Of a stretch of 64,000 nt of DNA, positions 20,339 through 30,181 are shown piece by piece (within the stretch, counting starts at the first letter, position 1; each line of letters begins with the position of its first letter). The notes beneath the pieces were generated by a model. That model saw only the letters and a list, made by a program, of their open reading frames with translations. It made no database searches and was not told the DNA's origin. Made by a program: the position numbers and the translations under genes. Source of the stretch: an uncultured virus (IMG/VR IMGVR_UViG_3300042393_000573) (taxonomy: Duplodnaviria > Heunggongvirae > Uroviricota > Caudoviricetes); the IMG/VR virus record IMGVR_UViG_3300042393_000573, positions 1-64,000 of that record, one strand, 5' to 3'.

Positions 20339-21100
20339 ATGATTATTCAGATTATAGGTCTTCCAGGTTCAGGAAAGACAGAGTTAGCCAAAGAACTCAA
20401 AGAAAGAATTAACGCTATTCATCTTAATGCAGATGAGGTTCGTGCAACTGTAAATTCAGATTTAGGATTTGCACCAGAAGATAGACTTGAGCAGGCTCGT
20501 CGCATGGGTGAAATGGCAAGACTTATTGCCAAGCAGGGTGTTGCTCCAGTCATTGTTGATTTTGTGTGCCCCACTGAATTAACTCGTGCAGCATTTGGCA
20601 AACCAGACATATTAATATTTATGGATACTATTTCTGAGGGTAGATTTGAAGACACCAATAAAATGTTTGAGCGACCAACCCAGTATGCCATAACATTCAT
20701 TAGTCACACATTAGATGCAGAAGCAAAGGCATCTTACATTATTAATAAGTTTGGCCTACATGATTGGTCTGCACCTACAACTCTTATGCTGGGTAGGTAC
20801 CAGCCATGGCACGAAGGCCACCACGCACTCTACAAGGAGGCTGGCAAGAGAACTGACCAAGTACTTCTTGGAGTCCGTAATACCTACAACACAAGCGAAA
20901 AAGACCCTCTTAAGTTTGATCAAGTAAAAGAGTATATTGCTAAAGATGAATTTATGGACGGGGCATTAGTATTAAGATTACCTAACATTACCAACATTGT
21001 CTATGGTCGTGATGTAGGGTATAAGATTGAGCAAGTAGATTTGGGGGCAGACATTCATGCTATTTCGGCTACTGAAAAACGCAAGCAGTTGGGTCTTTAA
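20339..21100 (+). CDS. adenylylsulfate-kinase-like domain fused to a HIGH-family nucleotidyltransferase
   Basis: GLPGSGKT, ADEVR..DLGF..DR; GRYQPWHEGH...ISAT. Confidence 0.8.
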   Translation: MIIQIIGLPGSGKTELAKELKERINAIHLNADEVRATVNSDLGFAPEDRLEQARRMGEMARLIAKQGVAPVIVDFVCPTELTRAAFGKPDILIFMDTISEGRFEDTNKMFERPTQYAITFISHTLDAEAKASYIINKFGLHDWSAPTTLMLGRYQPWHEGHHALYKEAGKRTDQVLLGVRNTYNTSEKDPLKFDQVKEYIAKDEFMDGALVLRLPNITNIVYGRDVGYKIEQVDLGADIHAISATEKRKQLGL

Positions 21101-21180
21101 AAAATTAGAACAGTCAGGACAAGCAATGAATGATGCCGAAGACAGAATGGTAGCAGCAATGTTTAAAAAGAAAGATAAAG

Positions 21181-21384
21181 ATGACAGTAACTAAGGCCAG
21201 GTCTTTTGCAAAGGCATTAAGTTATCGCATATGGGGAACTCTTTCCTCTGTTGCTGTTGCCTATGTTATTACAAAAAACGCTTCTCTCTCTGTGACAATT
21301 GCATTTTGGGAAACGGTAGTTAAAGTATTTATCTACTACGCACATGAGCGTGGATGGAACTATATACAATGGGGGAGAAAATAA
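21181..21384 (+). CDS. DUF2061-like membrane protein
   Basis: RSFAKALSYRI...YYAHERGW. Confidence 0.75.
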   Translation: MTVTKARSFAKALSYRIWGTLSSVAVAYVITKNASLSVTIAFWETVVKVFIYYAHERGWNYIQWGRK

Positions 21385-21791
21385 TGTATGAATACTATGT
21401 AAGAAAAGTAGAGAATGTCGTAGATGGAGATACCATAGACGTTCTTATTGATTTAGGGTTTGATATCCTGTTTGCATCTCGTGTTAGACTGGCTGGTATT
21501 GATACCCCAGAGTCTCGCACAAAGGATCTTGCAGAAAAGGCTCTTGGTCTTGAAGCCAAAGAGTACCTAAAGAAGTCTCTAAAGGACGCTAAGTCTGTTG
21601 TAATTAAGACTGAAAAGATGGACTCATCTGAAAAGTATGGTCGCATTTTAGGCTGGGTATATATTAATGGAGACACAGTATCTCTTAATGACATGATGAT
21701 CAATGATGGTTATGCATGGGGATATCTTGGAGATACTAAGGTTAAAGATTTTGTAGCACTGGCTAAGGCAAGAAAGAAGTCTGGAAAATGA
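21384..21791 (+). CDS. thermonuclease (SNase-like)
   Basis: VVDGDTI, RLAGIDTPE, KYGRIL. Confidence 0.9.
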   Translation: MYEYYVRKVENVVDGDTIDVLIDLGFDILFASRVRLAGIDTPESRTKDLAEKALGLEAKEYLKKSLKDAKSVVIKTEKMDSSEKYGRILGWVYINGDTVSLNDMMINDGYAWGYLGDTKVKDFVALAKARKKSGK

Positions 21792-22411
21792 AAAGAAATA
21801 TTTTAGAAAAGCATGTTTATTATTATGAAAATGTTATTGAAAACCCTAAAGAACTTCTTGAAAAAATAGAAGCCACTGATCATCTACTGGGAGAAGATAC
21901 TGGAGTAAGCAAGTGGGCTGATTGGACAGCCTATCAGTCAGATTATGCATTTGGAAAACAAAAAATGATTCGTGAGCATTTATTTAATAAAGCCCATCCA
22001 GCATACAGTGAGTGTCGAGAAATTGAAAAAGAAATTACAGATTCAATTATTGCTGTATCAAAAGACTATGAGTCTATGCATCCAGGGCTAGATATTGGAA
22101 TGCTCTGCCCACTATCTATTAGTAAGTATTTTGTTGGTAGCATGATGGGCAAACATACGGATACCCATGACGATGATGAAGGCAAAACTGTGTCTGTGGT
22201 CTTATATTTAAATGACGATTATACAGGCGGAGAGATAGAATTACCAGATCATGACATTGTTGTAAAACCAACTCCAGGAAGCATTGTTGTTTTCCCATCA
22301 AGAAAACCATATTTCCATCAATCAAACACCATACTATCTGGAGAAAAATATATTGTTCCTGGGTTTTGGGAGAATAGAGTTAAATTTCAAACTGGGTGGA
22401 CTAATGGATGA
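21788..22411 (+). CDS. 2OG-Fe(II) oxygenase (P4H-like)
   Basis: HTD..YLNDDYTGGE..HQS..K. Confidence 0.88.
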   Translation: MKRNILEKHVYYYENVIENPKELLEKIEATDHLLGEDTGVSKWADWTAYQSDYAFGKQKMIREHLFNKAHPAYSECREIEKEITDSIIAVSKDYESMHPGLDIGMLCPLSISKYFVGSMMGKHTDTHDDDEGKTVSVVLYLNDDYTGGEIELPDHDIVVKPTPGSIVVFPSRKPYFHQSNTILSGEKYIVPGFWENRVKFQTGWTNG

Positions 22412-22733
22412 ATTTGACATTGTCGATAATCTAATTTTAAATGGAGGCCTAGAGTTTGCAGGAAAAGATTCTGAAACTGGTGAGTCACTATACAAGCCTA
22501 CAGAAAGGCTTAAGGAAATAGATGCTCAACTTAGCGATGAACTATCAATATACTTTTCAGATATAACTTTAAAACTTTGGGAAAAGGGTTTTCTTAACAT
22601 GGACGTAACAAATAAAGATCCTTTAGTAAAATTAGGACCAAAGTCTTTTGATGCCATGGCTATAAAATCTTTACCAAGTGATGAAAGAGTAATCATAGAA
22701 GAAATAATCAAGGTTCTTTTTAATAAAAACTGA
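22404..22733 (+). CDS. hypothetical protein
   Basis: coupled ORF with phage-like composition. Confidence 0.6.
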   Translation: MDEFDIVDNLILNGGLEFAGKDSETGESLYKPTERLKEIDAQLSDELSIYFSDITLKLWEKGFLNMDVTNKDPLVKLGPKSFDAMAIKSLPSDERVIIEEIIKVLFNKN

Positions 22734-22757
22734 TATACTTGATATCTGGGAGTATTA

Positions 22758-23174
22758 ATGAATAACTTATATGGTGCTATCGGGACAGTAGTGACTCTTG
22801 TGCTGCTTTTTTATGTATATGTACTAAGGAATAGAGAAAGAAATAATAAGCCTATTATTGTTAGCCAATCAATGCTTCAATATCGGTATAGCAATCGCAA
22901 AAAAAATTCAAGAAAATTAAATGTTAGATCTCAGTCAAAAGTTCATCATGATAAAACCAACATAAGGGTTATTATTGTTGAAAATAATGCCTATTGGATT
23001 AAAGATAATATATTTTATAAAGCCCCACTTGTTAATGAACTTATTGATAAAGAGTCTGCAGAGCAAGTTGACACAATCAGTATGGATAAGGTACAATTAG
23101 ATAAGATGTTGTTCATAATGGACAAATTACGAGAAGGGATTAACGATGATAGTAGGGGTTCAGGGAACAAGTAG
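22758..23174 (+). CDS. membrane-anchored hypothetical protein
   Basis: N-terminal hydrophobic helix. Confidence 0.6.
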   Translation: MNNLYGAIGTVVTLVLLFYVYVLRNRERNNKPIIVSQSMLQYRYSNRKKNSRKLNVRSQSKVHHDKTNIRVIIVENNAYWIKDNIFYKAPLVNELIDKESAEQVDTISMDKVQLDKMLFIMDKLREGINDDSRGSGNK

Positions 23175-23496
23175 TTTTGATAACTACAATGTCTTCCTTA
23201 GATCAATGGCCGTTGCCCTTTCTGAGTTAAAAGAAGAGGATAAGGTTTTTCATGTATACTCTGCAGGACCAAACAATATTAGCATGATGGCAATGGAGTT
23301 TTCAAACTTATCAGAAAAAGGAATGAAGTCAAGAGGAAAGTCTATTAAGTTTATTAAGGTTACTCCTGAATGGATGCAAGAAAATATATTACAAGTTGAT
23401 CATTTTGCTTTTTTGTCTAATCCAAAAGAGCCAGTATCAAAGATTGTTCATGTATCAAAATTAAATAATATAAATACAAACGTATATAATTTCTAA
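23146..23496 (+). CDS. hypothetical protein (SLOG-like N-terminus)
   Basis: MIVGVQGTSSF start resembles SLOG/YspA proteins. Confidence 0.4.
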   Translation: MIVGVQGTSSFDNYNVFLRSMAVALSELKEEDKVFHVYSAGPNNISMMAMEFSNLSEKGMKSRGKSIKFIKVTPEWMQENILQVDHFAFLSNPKEPVSKIVHVSKLNNINTNVYNF

Positions 23497-23579
23497 TCAG
23501 CCTTGACATAAGTTGTTATAACTGATAGACTTTATTATGTGACACTCGTGCTCTAGCACATCAACAGAATGGAAAGATA

Positions 23580-23792
23580 ATGAAAATAGTTAACTCTTTA
23601 TCCACTATGGAATCAATAGTGAATAAGCACAGACAACTATCCTGGAACGGATGGACAGTAGTTGAGACATTTCCTTCAGAGAAAGCCTACTACTCAAAAT
23701 TTGGAGTATACAAAAATAATAAATGGCAAATGAAAAAAGAATTTATTCCTTCTAATCAAGGATGGGAAATCCCTGACAAGTATGTGATCTAA
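23580..23792 (+). CDS. hypothetical protein
   Basis: first ORF after a TTGACA/TAGACT promoter near 23503-23531. Confidence 0.6.
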   Translation: MKIVNSLSTMESIVNKHRQLSWNGWTVVETFPSEKAYYSKFGVYKNNKWQMKKEFIPSNQGWEIPDKYVI

Positions 23793-24074
23793 ATGAATAA
23801 ATTTAAATGGAAAGATAATGCTTCTTGCTTAGACTATGATACAAATTTATTCTTTGAAAAGTATGAAGAAAGTGAGTCGTTAAGGCCAGCAATAGATGCA
23901 CTTTGTTCTTCGTGTCCAGTAAGAAAAGATTGTTTTTCTGTTGGGATTTCAGGCAAAGAGTGGGGTGTTTGGGGTGGAGTATTTTTAGAGAATGGTGAAA
24001 TATCAAAAGAGTTTGCCAGCCACAAAAACAAAGACGATTGGGGAATGACTTGGCAATCATTAACAATGGAGTAG
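23793..24074 (+). CDS. whiB: WhiB-family Fe-S transcription factor
   Basis: W..ASC...LFF...CSSCPV..C...GVWGG. Confidence 0.9.
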   Translation: MNKFKWKDNASCLDYDTNLFFEKYEESESLRPAIDALCSSCPVRKDCFSVGISGKEWGVWGGVFLENGEISKEFASHKNKDDWGMTWQSLTME

Positions 24075-24075
24075 T

Positions 24076-24321
24076 ATGTACACAGATGCAATGAAAAGAG
24101 CCTTTAGGTCTGTTCAACTTTACTGCCCAAATAATTTTTCTTTACAGATTATAGATAATGATCATTTTATAACAGTAAAAGCAAAAGAAAAAGACTTCAT
24201 GTCATTAGAAACGGTGGAATTAAAAAGACAGGCAATTGAGTATATGGTTCGTGTTAAAAAAGCATTAGAAGATAATGGTGCAATTGTTCTTCTTGTTCGA
24301 GAGGGTGGAAAGGAATTATGA
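24076..24321 (+). CDS. hypothetical protein
   Basis: ORF in the whiB operon. Confidence 0.65.
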   Translation: MYTDAMKRAFRSVQLYCPNNFSLQIIDNDHFITVKAKEKDFMSLETVELKRQAIEYMVRVKKALEDNGAIVLLVREGGKEL

Positions 24322-24716
24322 TTGAAACGGTAGCCTTAGTTATATTATCAGTCTTATCAACAACATTTGCTTTTCTTTTTTATATTCAAAAGAAAAAAAA
24401 TATACAAATACTTGCTCAAACTCTTGAATTCTTTATGCTCCAAGAAGCACAAGAAGCACAGGCAAAAACAGATAAAGAAAAATTTAATGAGGATTTTTTA
24501 AAATTTATTTCAGATTCTCGTGACTGGGCTTATACTTATATTGAAACTACACAGGAAAAGATTAATAGTTTTATCAATGATGTTGGACCAGTGATTGATT
24601 ATTTAGAAAAATATGCCTCTCCAATATTGATTGAGCAGCAAAGGCTGTCCATAATTGAAGGGTATAAAGTAATTAAAAGCATTCTACCAGAGGACTATGG
24701 TAAAATAGAAACATGA
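24318..24716 (+). CDS. membrane-anchored hypothetical protein
   Basis: N-terminal hydrophobic helix; ATGA overlap. Confidence 0.65.
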   Translation: MIETVALVILSVLSTTFAFLFYIQKKKNIQILAQTLEFFMLQEAQEAQAKTDKEKFNEDFLKFISDSRDWAYTYIETTQEKINSFINDVGPVIDYLEKYASPILIEQQRLSIIEGYKVIKSILPEDYGKIET

Positions 24717-24873
24717 TCAAATTCAAGTCATACGAAGATCTGGCATATGATGCTTTTTATTCATGCCATGTATTGGGCTGTGAACTTGAAGCAGAAAAAA
24801 TATACGCTACTGAATCTAACATTATAGATGTGTGCGTAATCCACTATAAAGACTTAATTGAAAAAGGTTATCA

Positions 24874-25032
24874 ATGAAAGATGTTTTGTTATCAACATTA
24901 ACAGGTTTTGGGTGTGGCGTAGTATTTGCTGCATTCAAATTGCCAGTACCAGCACCACCAGTTTTTGCGGGAGTCGCAGGAATTATTGGATTATGGATTG
25001 GCTTTACAGTACTAACAAAAATAATATCCTAG
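24874..25032 (+). CDS. XapX/DUF1427-like membrane protein (not in ORF track)
   Basis: GVVFAAFKLPVPAPPVFAGVAGIIGLWIG. Confidence 0.75.
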   Translation: MKDVLLSTLTGFGCGVVFAAFKLPVPAPPVFAGVAGIIGLWIGFTVLTKIIS

Positions 25033-25042
25033 GAGGAAAATT

Positions 25043-25312
25043 ATGAATCAACAAATCAAAAACGCACTAGCATCATATGGAAGATCAGTTCTTGGAGCAG
25101 CAACAGCAATGTATGCTTCTGGAGTAACAGATCCACAGACACTAGCATACTCACTACTTGGAGCACTTGTTCCCGTTGTATTGAGAGCAGCCAATCCTAA
25201 CGACTTGGCTTTTGGCAAGATGCCAGATGTTAAGGAAATTGAAGTAGCACTCAAGACTGCCAAGGTAGTTAAGAAGGCACCTGCAAAGAAAACAGCAGTA
25301 AAAAAGAAGTAG
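25043..25312 (+). CDS. holin-like membrane protein
   Basis: two hydrophobic segments, NPND.AFG, basic tail; SD AGGAGG. Confidence 0.55.
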   Translation: MNQQIKNALASYGRSVLGAATAMYASGVTDPQTLAYSLLGALVPVVLRAANPNDLAFGKMPDVKEIEVALKTAKVVKKAPAKKTAVKKK

Positions 25313-25324
25313 TATAATAAATTA

Positions 25325-25426
25325 TTCCGTCATGATACATGCAGTTGCTTATAGCAACCCTATTGCTGAGTACGGATAAGCCCAGGATCGCTACCTGGGG
25401 GACCTGAGCAGGTCTATAAACTGCTC
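25325..25426 (+). ncRNA. candidate structured small RNA ending in the repeated pseudoknot
   Basis: TATAAT at 25313; stems TCCGT/ACGGA, GTTGC/GCAAC, CCCAGG/CCTGGG; no ORF. Confidence 0.5.
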
Positions 25427-25436
25427 ATTCTTTGTG

Positions 25437-26012
25437 TTATCTAGTCCACCAAGCAAGATTATATCTTATTTCTTTCGTTACGTCATTAACTCCATGTTCG
25501 TATTCTTTATTTCCAGGATGCATAACTAAAGACAAAGCCTTTGGTTTCATAATTATATTTTTTTTTGGATAAAAAATTTCTCCACCACTATAGTTATTGT
25601 TAATATAAACTACAAAACCGTGAGTAATAATTGGTAGAGATGCATCATATTGAGGGTGATCTTTATCAACTTCATCAGTATGAACATCCAGTCCATGACC
25701 CGTTCTTCTAAAAATTGAGGTTATTGGTAAAAAAGAAAAATCTGAAATACCATATTCTTTAGAAAATATCGGCTTTGCTCTTTCTTCAAGCATTTTAAAG
25801 AACCAATTGTAGTCACGATACCTATCTCTTAAATTGTATTCGTCAATTTGTAGCCTATTGCCATATTGCTCTGTAAGTCCAGATCCATCATTTGAGGCAT
25901 CCCACAAGGAAATGTCTTTTGTTGCTAAATCAAGAATGTAGTCAGCCTCATCTTGAGTCAAAAAGTTTTCAACTACGACAATTTCATTATTAAATGGTCT
26001 CGATATATGCAT
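25437..26012 (-). CDS. 2OG-Fe(II) oxygenase (P4H-like)
   Basis: HTD..YSGGE..HGV..R. Confidence 0.88.
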   Translation of the reverse strand: MHISRPFNNEIVVVENFLTQDEADYILDLATKDISLWDASNDGSGLTEQYGNRLQIDEYNLRDRYRDYNWFFKMLEERAKPIFSKEYGISDFSFLPITSIFRRTGHGLDVHTDEVDKDHPQYDASLPIITHGFVVYINNNYSGGEIFYPKKNIIMKPKALSLVMHPGNKEYEHGVNDVTKEIRYNLAWWTR

Positions 26013-26052
26013 ATATTAATTATATCATACTAGAAACTGCTATAATATATAC

Positions 26053-26674
26053 ATGAATAATGACTTTGACCCTAACAGACTGTCAGTTTTGCCATCTAGA
26101 TATTTTGGAACTTCTTCAGATTTAATATATAAGGTTGATAATGATAAAACAATATTATAATTTTACTACAGAAGAAGAAATTGTTTATGCTTTACAAATA
26201 TTTAAAAAATTAGAAGGTCTTTATAGAGGTAACAATAAGGGAGATAGGTATACAACATTATTTCAGGATCAGTATGATTTAGATTTCCTTACTCTTGTTT
26301 CACTCTATACTGAAAAAATAAAAAAAATATTAGAAAAAGATATATACATTCACTCATCAGCAATTGTGAAATATAATGTAGGAGATAGTATGTGCTTGCA
26401 TTCTGATATTCAAAAAGGTTGTGATGAAGATATTCTTGGTATGCTAGTTTATTTTGACGATGAATATGAAGGTGGTCAAATTGTCTTTCCAAATCAAAAA
26501 AATATTGTTAAAATAAAACCATCAAAAGGTGTTTCAATAACTTTTCCATCTCATGGAGATGAGTCTATGCACTATGTTGAAGAAGTTACAAGTGGAGTCA
26601 GGTATGCCATGACATTTTGTTTTACTACAAATAAAGTATACACAAAAGATTGTTACAGTAGCCTATACATGTAA
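26053..26674 (+). pseudogene. 2OG-Fe(II) oxygenase with an apparent frameshifting 19-nt insertion near the 5' end
   Basis: leaderless ATG 26053 frame stops at 26160; catalytic part (HSD..HYV..R) is in another frame. Confidence 0.55.
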
Positions 26675-26692
26675 TGATGATATAATTTAATT

Positions 26693-26776
26693 GTCCCACA
26701 TAGGACCTTAGCGATGGCATAGTTACCCATTGGATAGAGACCGTGGCGCAAGTCAGGTGAATTGCCTGTGTGGGGC
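26693..26776 (+). ncRNA. candidate structured small RNA (three-way junction)
   Basis: starts 6 nt after TGATATAAT; 12-bp closing stem; GCAA tetraloop hairpin. Confidence 0.55.
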
Positions 26777-26796
26777 CTTAATATTTTCACGGTATA

Positions 26797-27078
26797 ATGA
26801 TAGCAATGACTGAAAAAGAGTTGGAAAATTATAACAAGCAGCAGTATAAGAAGATGCTTGCTAAGATAAAAGAGGATTCTGGCTGTGTAGACTGTGGGGT
26901 TGGTAACCATATAATCTTAGACTTTGATCACATAAGAGACAAGAAATATAATGTATCGAGAATGATCCATGATGGTTTTTCATGGAGGGCTATAAAGAAA
27001 GAGATTGAAAAGTGTGAAGTGGTTTGTGCTAACTGCCACAGGATCAGGACACACAACAGGCTTAACGGTATGATATAA
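26797..27078 (+). CDS. HNH endonuclease
   Basis: CVDC..DFDH..CANCHR.RTH. Confidence 0.8.
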   Translation: MIAMTEKELENYNKQQYKKMLAKIKEDSGCVDCGVGNHIILDFDHIRDKKYNVSRMIHDGFSWRAIKKEIEKCEVVCANCHRIRTHNRLNGMI

Positions 27079-27216
27079 TTATATAATGCCAAAGAAAAAA
27101 GCAGCAGCGTTTAATCCTGTTCAGATCAAAGACGGTTGGATTGTTAGATTATATAAAGATGGTCGTATTAAGTCTAAGATTGCACCATACGAAGTAAAGC
27201 ATCCTAAAAAGTAAAG

Positions 27217-27289
27217 TACCCCTGGCAAGAATCGAACTTGCGACGCATGGCTTAGAAGTCCATCGTTCTGTCCACTGAACTACAAAGGT
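27217..27289 (-). tRNA. tRNA-Arg(TCT)
   Basis: cloverleaf ACCTTTG...CTTCTAA...GTTCGATTC...CAGGGGT; no encoded CCA; two G-U pairs in the acceptor stem. Confidence 0.85.
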
Positions 27290-27372
27290 ATTATTAAGCA
27301 GTTTTACCACCTTTTATAGTATATCATAAATTAAAAAAGGGAGGTATAATTGCTTAAGAAACACAAAAGGAG

Positions 27373-27996
27373 ATGTATATGTCTGTATATGATGTAAAGA
27401 TTAAGTCCGCAGATCAAGAAGAGGATTTTTTAAATAACTTTAAAGGGAAAGTAACTTTGATTATTAATGTTACTGGTGACTGTGGTAATGCTCCTCAATA
27501 TGGAGTTATTGAAACAATATACAGAAAATACAAAGATAAAGGTTTTGAAGTAATTGCTATTCCAACCAATGATTATTGTGGCGTTGGTTTAACGTATGGA
27601 GATCATGTTTATGGAACAGACACTGCAGAATCAGCAAGAGAATTTGCAAAAACAAATTATGGAGTCACATACAAGTTTACTGAATTAATTGAATCTAACC
27701 CTTGCGAAAACCAACTTATCCCAGGATTGCCATCTAAACATGGTAAGGTTACTCCTCATGAAGTTTATAATGTTTTATGCAAAATGTCAGAGGAACTTTG
27801 GAAGAAGGATCCAACATCTGCAGATGGTGGAGGAACTTTGGGCGGTAATTTTGAAAAATATTTGGTAGGAAAAGATGGAAAATTATTAAAAAATTATGAT
27901 AATGGAGCACTGCTAAATTATTCTGAGAAGGCTGGCAGAGCAGATTTAGCATACATCAGAATTTGTAATGATATAGAAAACGCATTAGCAAAATAG
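27373..27996 (+). CDS. glutathione-peroxidase-like protein
   Basis: KGKV..INVTGDCG..QY, GFEVIAIPTND, GNFEKYLV. Confidence 0.8.
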   Translation: MYMSVYDVKIKSADQEEDFLNNFKGKVTLIINVTGDCGNAPQYGVIETIYRKYKDKGFEVIAIPTNDYCGVGLTYGDHVYGTDTAESAREFAKTNYGVTYKFTELIESNPCENQLIPGLPSKHGKVTPHEVYNVLCKMSEELWKKDPTSADGGGTLGGNFEKYLVGKDGKLLKNYDNGALLNYSEKAGRADLAYIRICNDIENALAK

Positions 27997-28220
27997 TTTT
28001 AAATTAAAACTTTCTATATCCTTTAAGATGCTCTTCAATCTCATCCATATATTGCATATATGTTTTGTTACATTTTTCACACTTGAGCACACTGTCTTTA
28101 TCTACACTAAAAATATGCTCATAAACTTTACAGATATTTGATTCCATAAAACCATTATACTACACTTTACAGTTAATGTGTTAGTTGTTAGGCAGTTTTA
28201 GTCATACCCAGGACTTTTTT

Positions 28221-28733
28221 TTATGCTGAAAGTATCTTTGCTAATGCATTGATGGTTGCAGAAATTCGTCCAATATCACGTAATTGATCAACACTGTAAC
28301 CTTCTTGTTTTAATGTATCATAGTGTGCTTTAACACAGAAATGACATTTTCCTATGATTGAAGACGATAAAGAGTAGGCTTCAAACTTACCCTTAGTTGT
28401 TCCACCATGAGAAGTAATAGCATTCATTCTTAGTTGGGCTGGTAAGCCTTTTAAGTTTGCATCCCCAGCCATTTCTACATATGGATACCATGTATTATTT
28501 TGTGCCATAATAGCGCCAGCAGATAGTGCAGCATTTTTTTCTACTTCATCTGTTGCATTAGATACCAAAAATGTAAGTAGTTTTGAATTACCAGTTGCAA
28601 ATGCTGCTGCAATTGCAATATACAATGCATCATTAGCATCAATGGTAGATCTGTTAATTACAGCATCAAGATTAAGCCTAATATCTTTGGCATATTCGGG
28701 AAGGTTTTCGTTTAATTGTTCAACCCAAGTCAT
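28221..28733 (-). CDS. ahpD: alkyl hydroperoxide reductase AhpD
   Basis: LPEYAKDIRLN, MAQNN.WY, LRMN, CHFCVKAH. Confidence 0.9.
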   Translation of the reverse strand: MTWVEQLNENLPEYAKDIRLNLDAVINRSTIDANDALYIAIAAAFATGNSKLLTFLVSNATDEVEKNAALSAGAIMAQNNTWYPYVEMAGDANLKGLPAQLRMNAITSHGGTTKGKFEAYSLSSSIIGKCHFCVKAHYDTLKQEGYSVDQLRDIGRISATINALAKILSA

Positions 28734-29269
28734 TATAAAGTGTCTCCACCTAGCGGTCTATTGCATGCACAAAGTTCTCCAGTTTGCAGGGCATCAAGAA
28801 CTCGAAGTGCTTCATCTGCATTACGACCTACATCAAGGTTATTAACAGTTACATGCTGAATAGTATTGTCAGGATCAACAATAAAGGTTGCACGATAAGC
28901 AACTCCAGATGAGTGATGAACTCCAAGATCTCCAGCCAGTTGATGTGCTGTGTCTGCAAATGACCATGAGTTAGTTCTCTTAAGATCGTCATGAGCATTA
29001 CGCCATGCAATCTTACAAAATTCATTATCAACTGATCCAGTCATAAGGACTGTATCACGATCATTAAAATCATTAACTAAAGCATCATATGCAACAATTT
29101 CTGTTGGGCATACAAATGTAAAGTCTTTTGGATAAAACATAATTATTTTCCATTTTCCTGGAAAAGAATCTTGTGTTATAGTTTCAAATGATGAATCATC
29201 ATATGTTAATGCTCCAGGTTTAACTCCAGTTACTGCAAAGTTACCTAACTTATCTCCAACTGTTTTCAT
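28733..29269 (-). CDS. ahpC: peroxiredoxin AhpC
   Basis: FYPKDFTFVCPTE, GRN..E.LR, LCACN (actinobacterial type). Confidence 0.92.
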   Translation of the reverse strand: MKTVGDKLGNFAVTGVKPGALTYDDSSFETITQDSFPGKWKIIMFYPKDFTFVCPTEIVAYDALVNDFNDRDTVLMTGSVDNEFCKIAWRNAHDDLKRTNSWSFADTAHQLAGDLGVHHSSGVAYRATFIVDPDNTIQHVTVNNLDVGRNADEALRVLDALQTGELCACNRPLGGDTL

Positions 29270-29341
29270 TTTTTCTCTTTCTGTTAGTAGGGTAGGTTGG
29301 ATTTGCACCAACTTTCTTATCTTACCCTTATTATAATTATA

Positions 29342-30079
29342 CTATAGCGACTTGTATCTGTCAACTAAAGCATTTGTCTTATCTATTTCTGTAATGTTTT
29401 CATATGTATTTGAAATCAATATGTCGGTTATCCCCATTGCCTCAAGTTCTTTTATTTTATTAATAATATAGTCTTCTGTACCACATATAGAGTTATTAAA
29501 TTCTCTATCTGTAGTCATTTGAGACTTATCTACATCAATACCTATTGATACTCTAAGCATTATATTATTGTCTTTGTTTAGTTTGTCTAAGTCTTGAATG
29601 AGTGCTATGTTTATTGCAGAGAACTCAGAGCATAAACTGATTAACTTATCACTTGCACCACTTATCGCAATATCAGAATATAGTGTACCCTTTAAATCTT
29701 CAACAAATGATTTGATGTACCCAGATAATTCATCTTTACGTTCTTCACGTGTAGAAGTTTTATTTGTAAAAAGTTCATACTCATTATCATATGTTCCAGA
29801 AACAAAATTAATAATTAGTTTATTATTAAAGTAGTCATAAAATGTTTTTGCTATCATGGATAAATGTCTGGAAGAAATGGTGTAGGGTCTAACTGCTATC
29901 ATAAACCTTTGATTTGGAAAATTGTTTGTTAAAAACATTGCTGAAACCATTGGTTCATTTTGATCTAATTGAAATGTTAAAAGTATTGACTCGTATCTAT
30001 TACTGCCAAGACCTTCAACAACTGTTTTTAATATATTGCTAGTTGAGTATGACCCATTTAGCATCCAATGAAACTTCAT
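29342..30079 (-). CDS. luciferase-like (LLM) flavin monooxygenase, short form
   Basis: MKFHW, FMIAVRPYTIS, INFVSG; C-terminal GT...I..L...GITD. Confidence 0.55.
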   Translation of the reverse strand: MKFHWMLNGSYSTSNILKTVVEGLGSNRYESILLTFQLDQNEPMVSAMFLTNNFPNQRFMIAVRPYTISSRHLSMIAKTFYDYFNNKLIINFVSGTYDNEYELFTNKTSTREERKDELSGYIKSFVEDLKGTLYSDIAISGASDKLISLCSEFSAINIALIQDLDKLNKDNNIMLRVSIGIDVDKSQMTTDREFNNSICGTEDYIINKIKELEAMGITDILISNTYENITEIDKTNALVDRYKSL

Positions 30080-30097
30080 ACTCCTCCTAAATATTTT

Positions 30098-30169
30098 GAG
30101 CGGATGATGAGAATTGAACTTGCCCCTTTTTCTTGGAAGGCAGAAGTGCTACCAATATTCAATATTCTC
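30098..30169 (-). pseudogene. degenerate tRNA-Gly(TCC)
   Basis: CTTCCAA anticodon loop, GTTCAATTC T-loop and 3' ATCCGCTC kept; acceptor, anticodon and T stems mismatched. Confidence 0.7.
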
Positions 30170-30181
30170 ATTACTTAATTG

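Noticed and set aside
26081..26102. Extra TGTCAG promoter candidates (also near 18025)
   Set aside because: No TAnnnT at the 10-nt spacing
26693..26776. SRP RNA or tRNA
   Set aside because: Lacks the SRP GGAA-loop helix and a TTC T-loop cloverleaf
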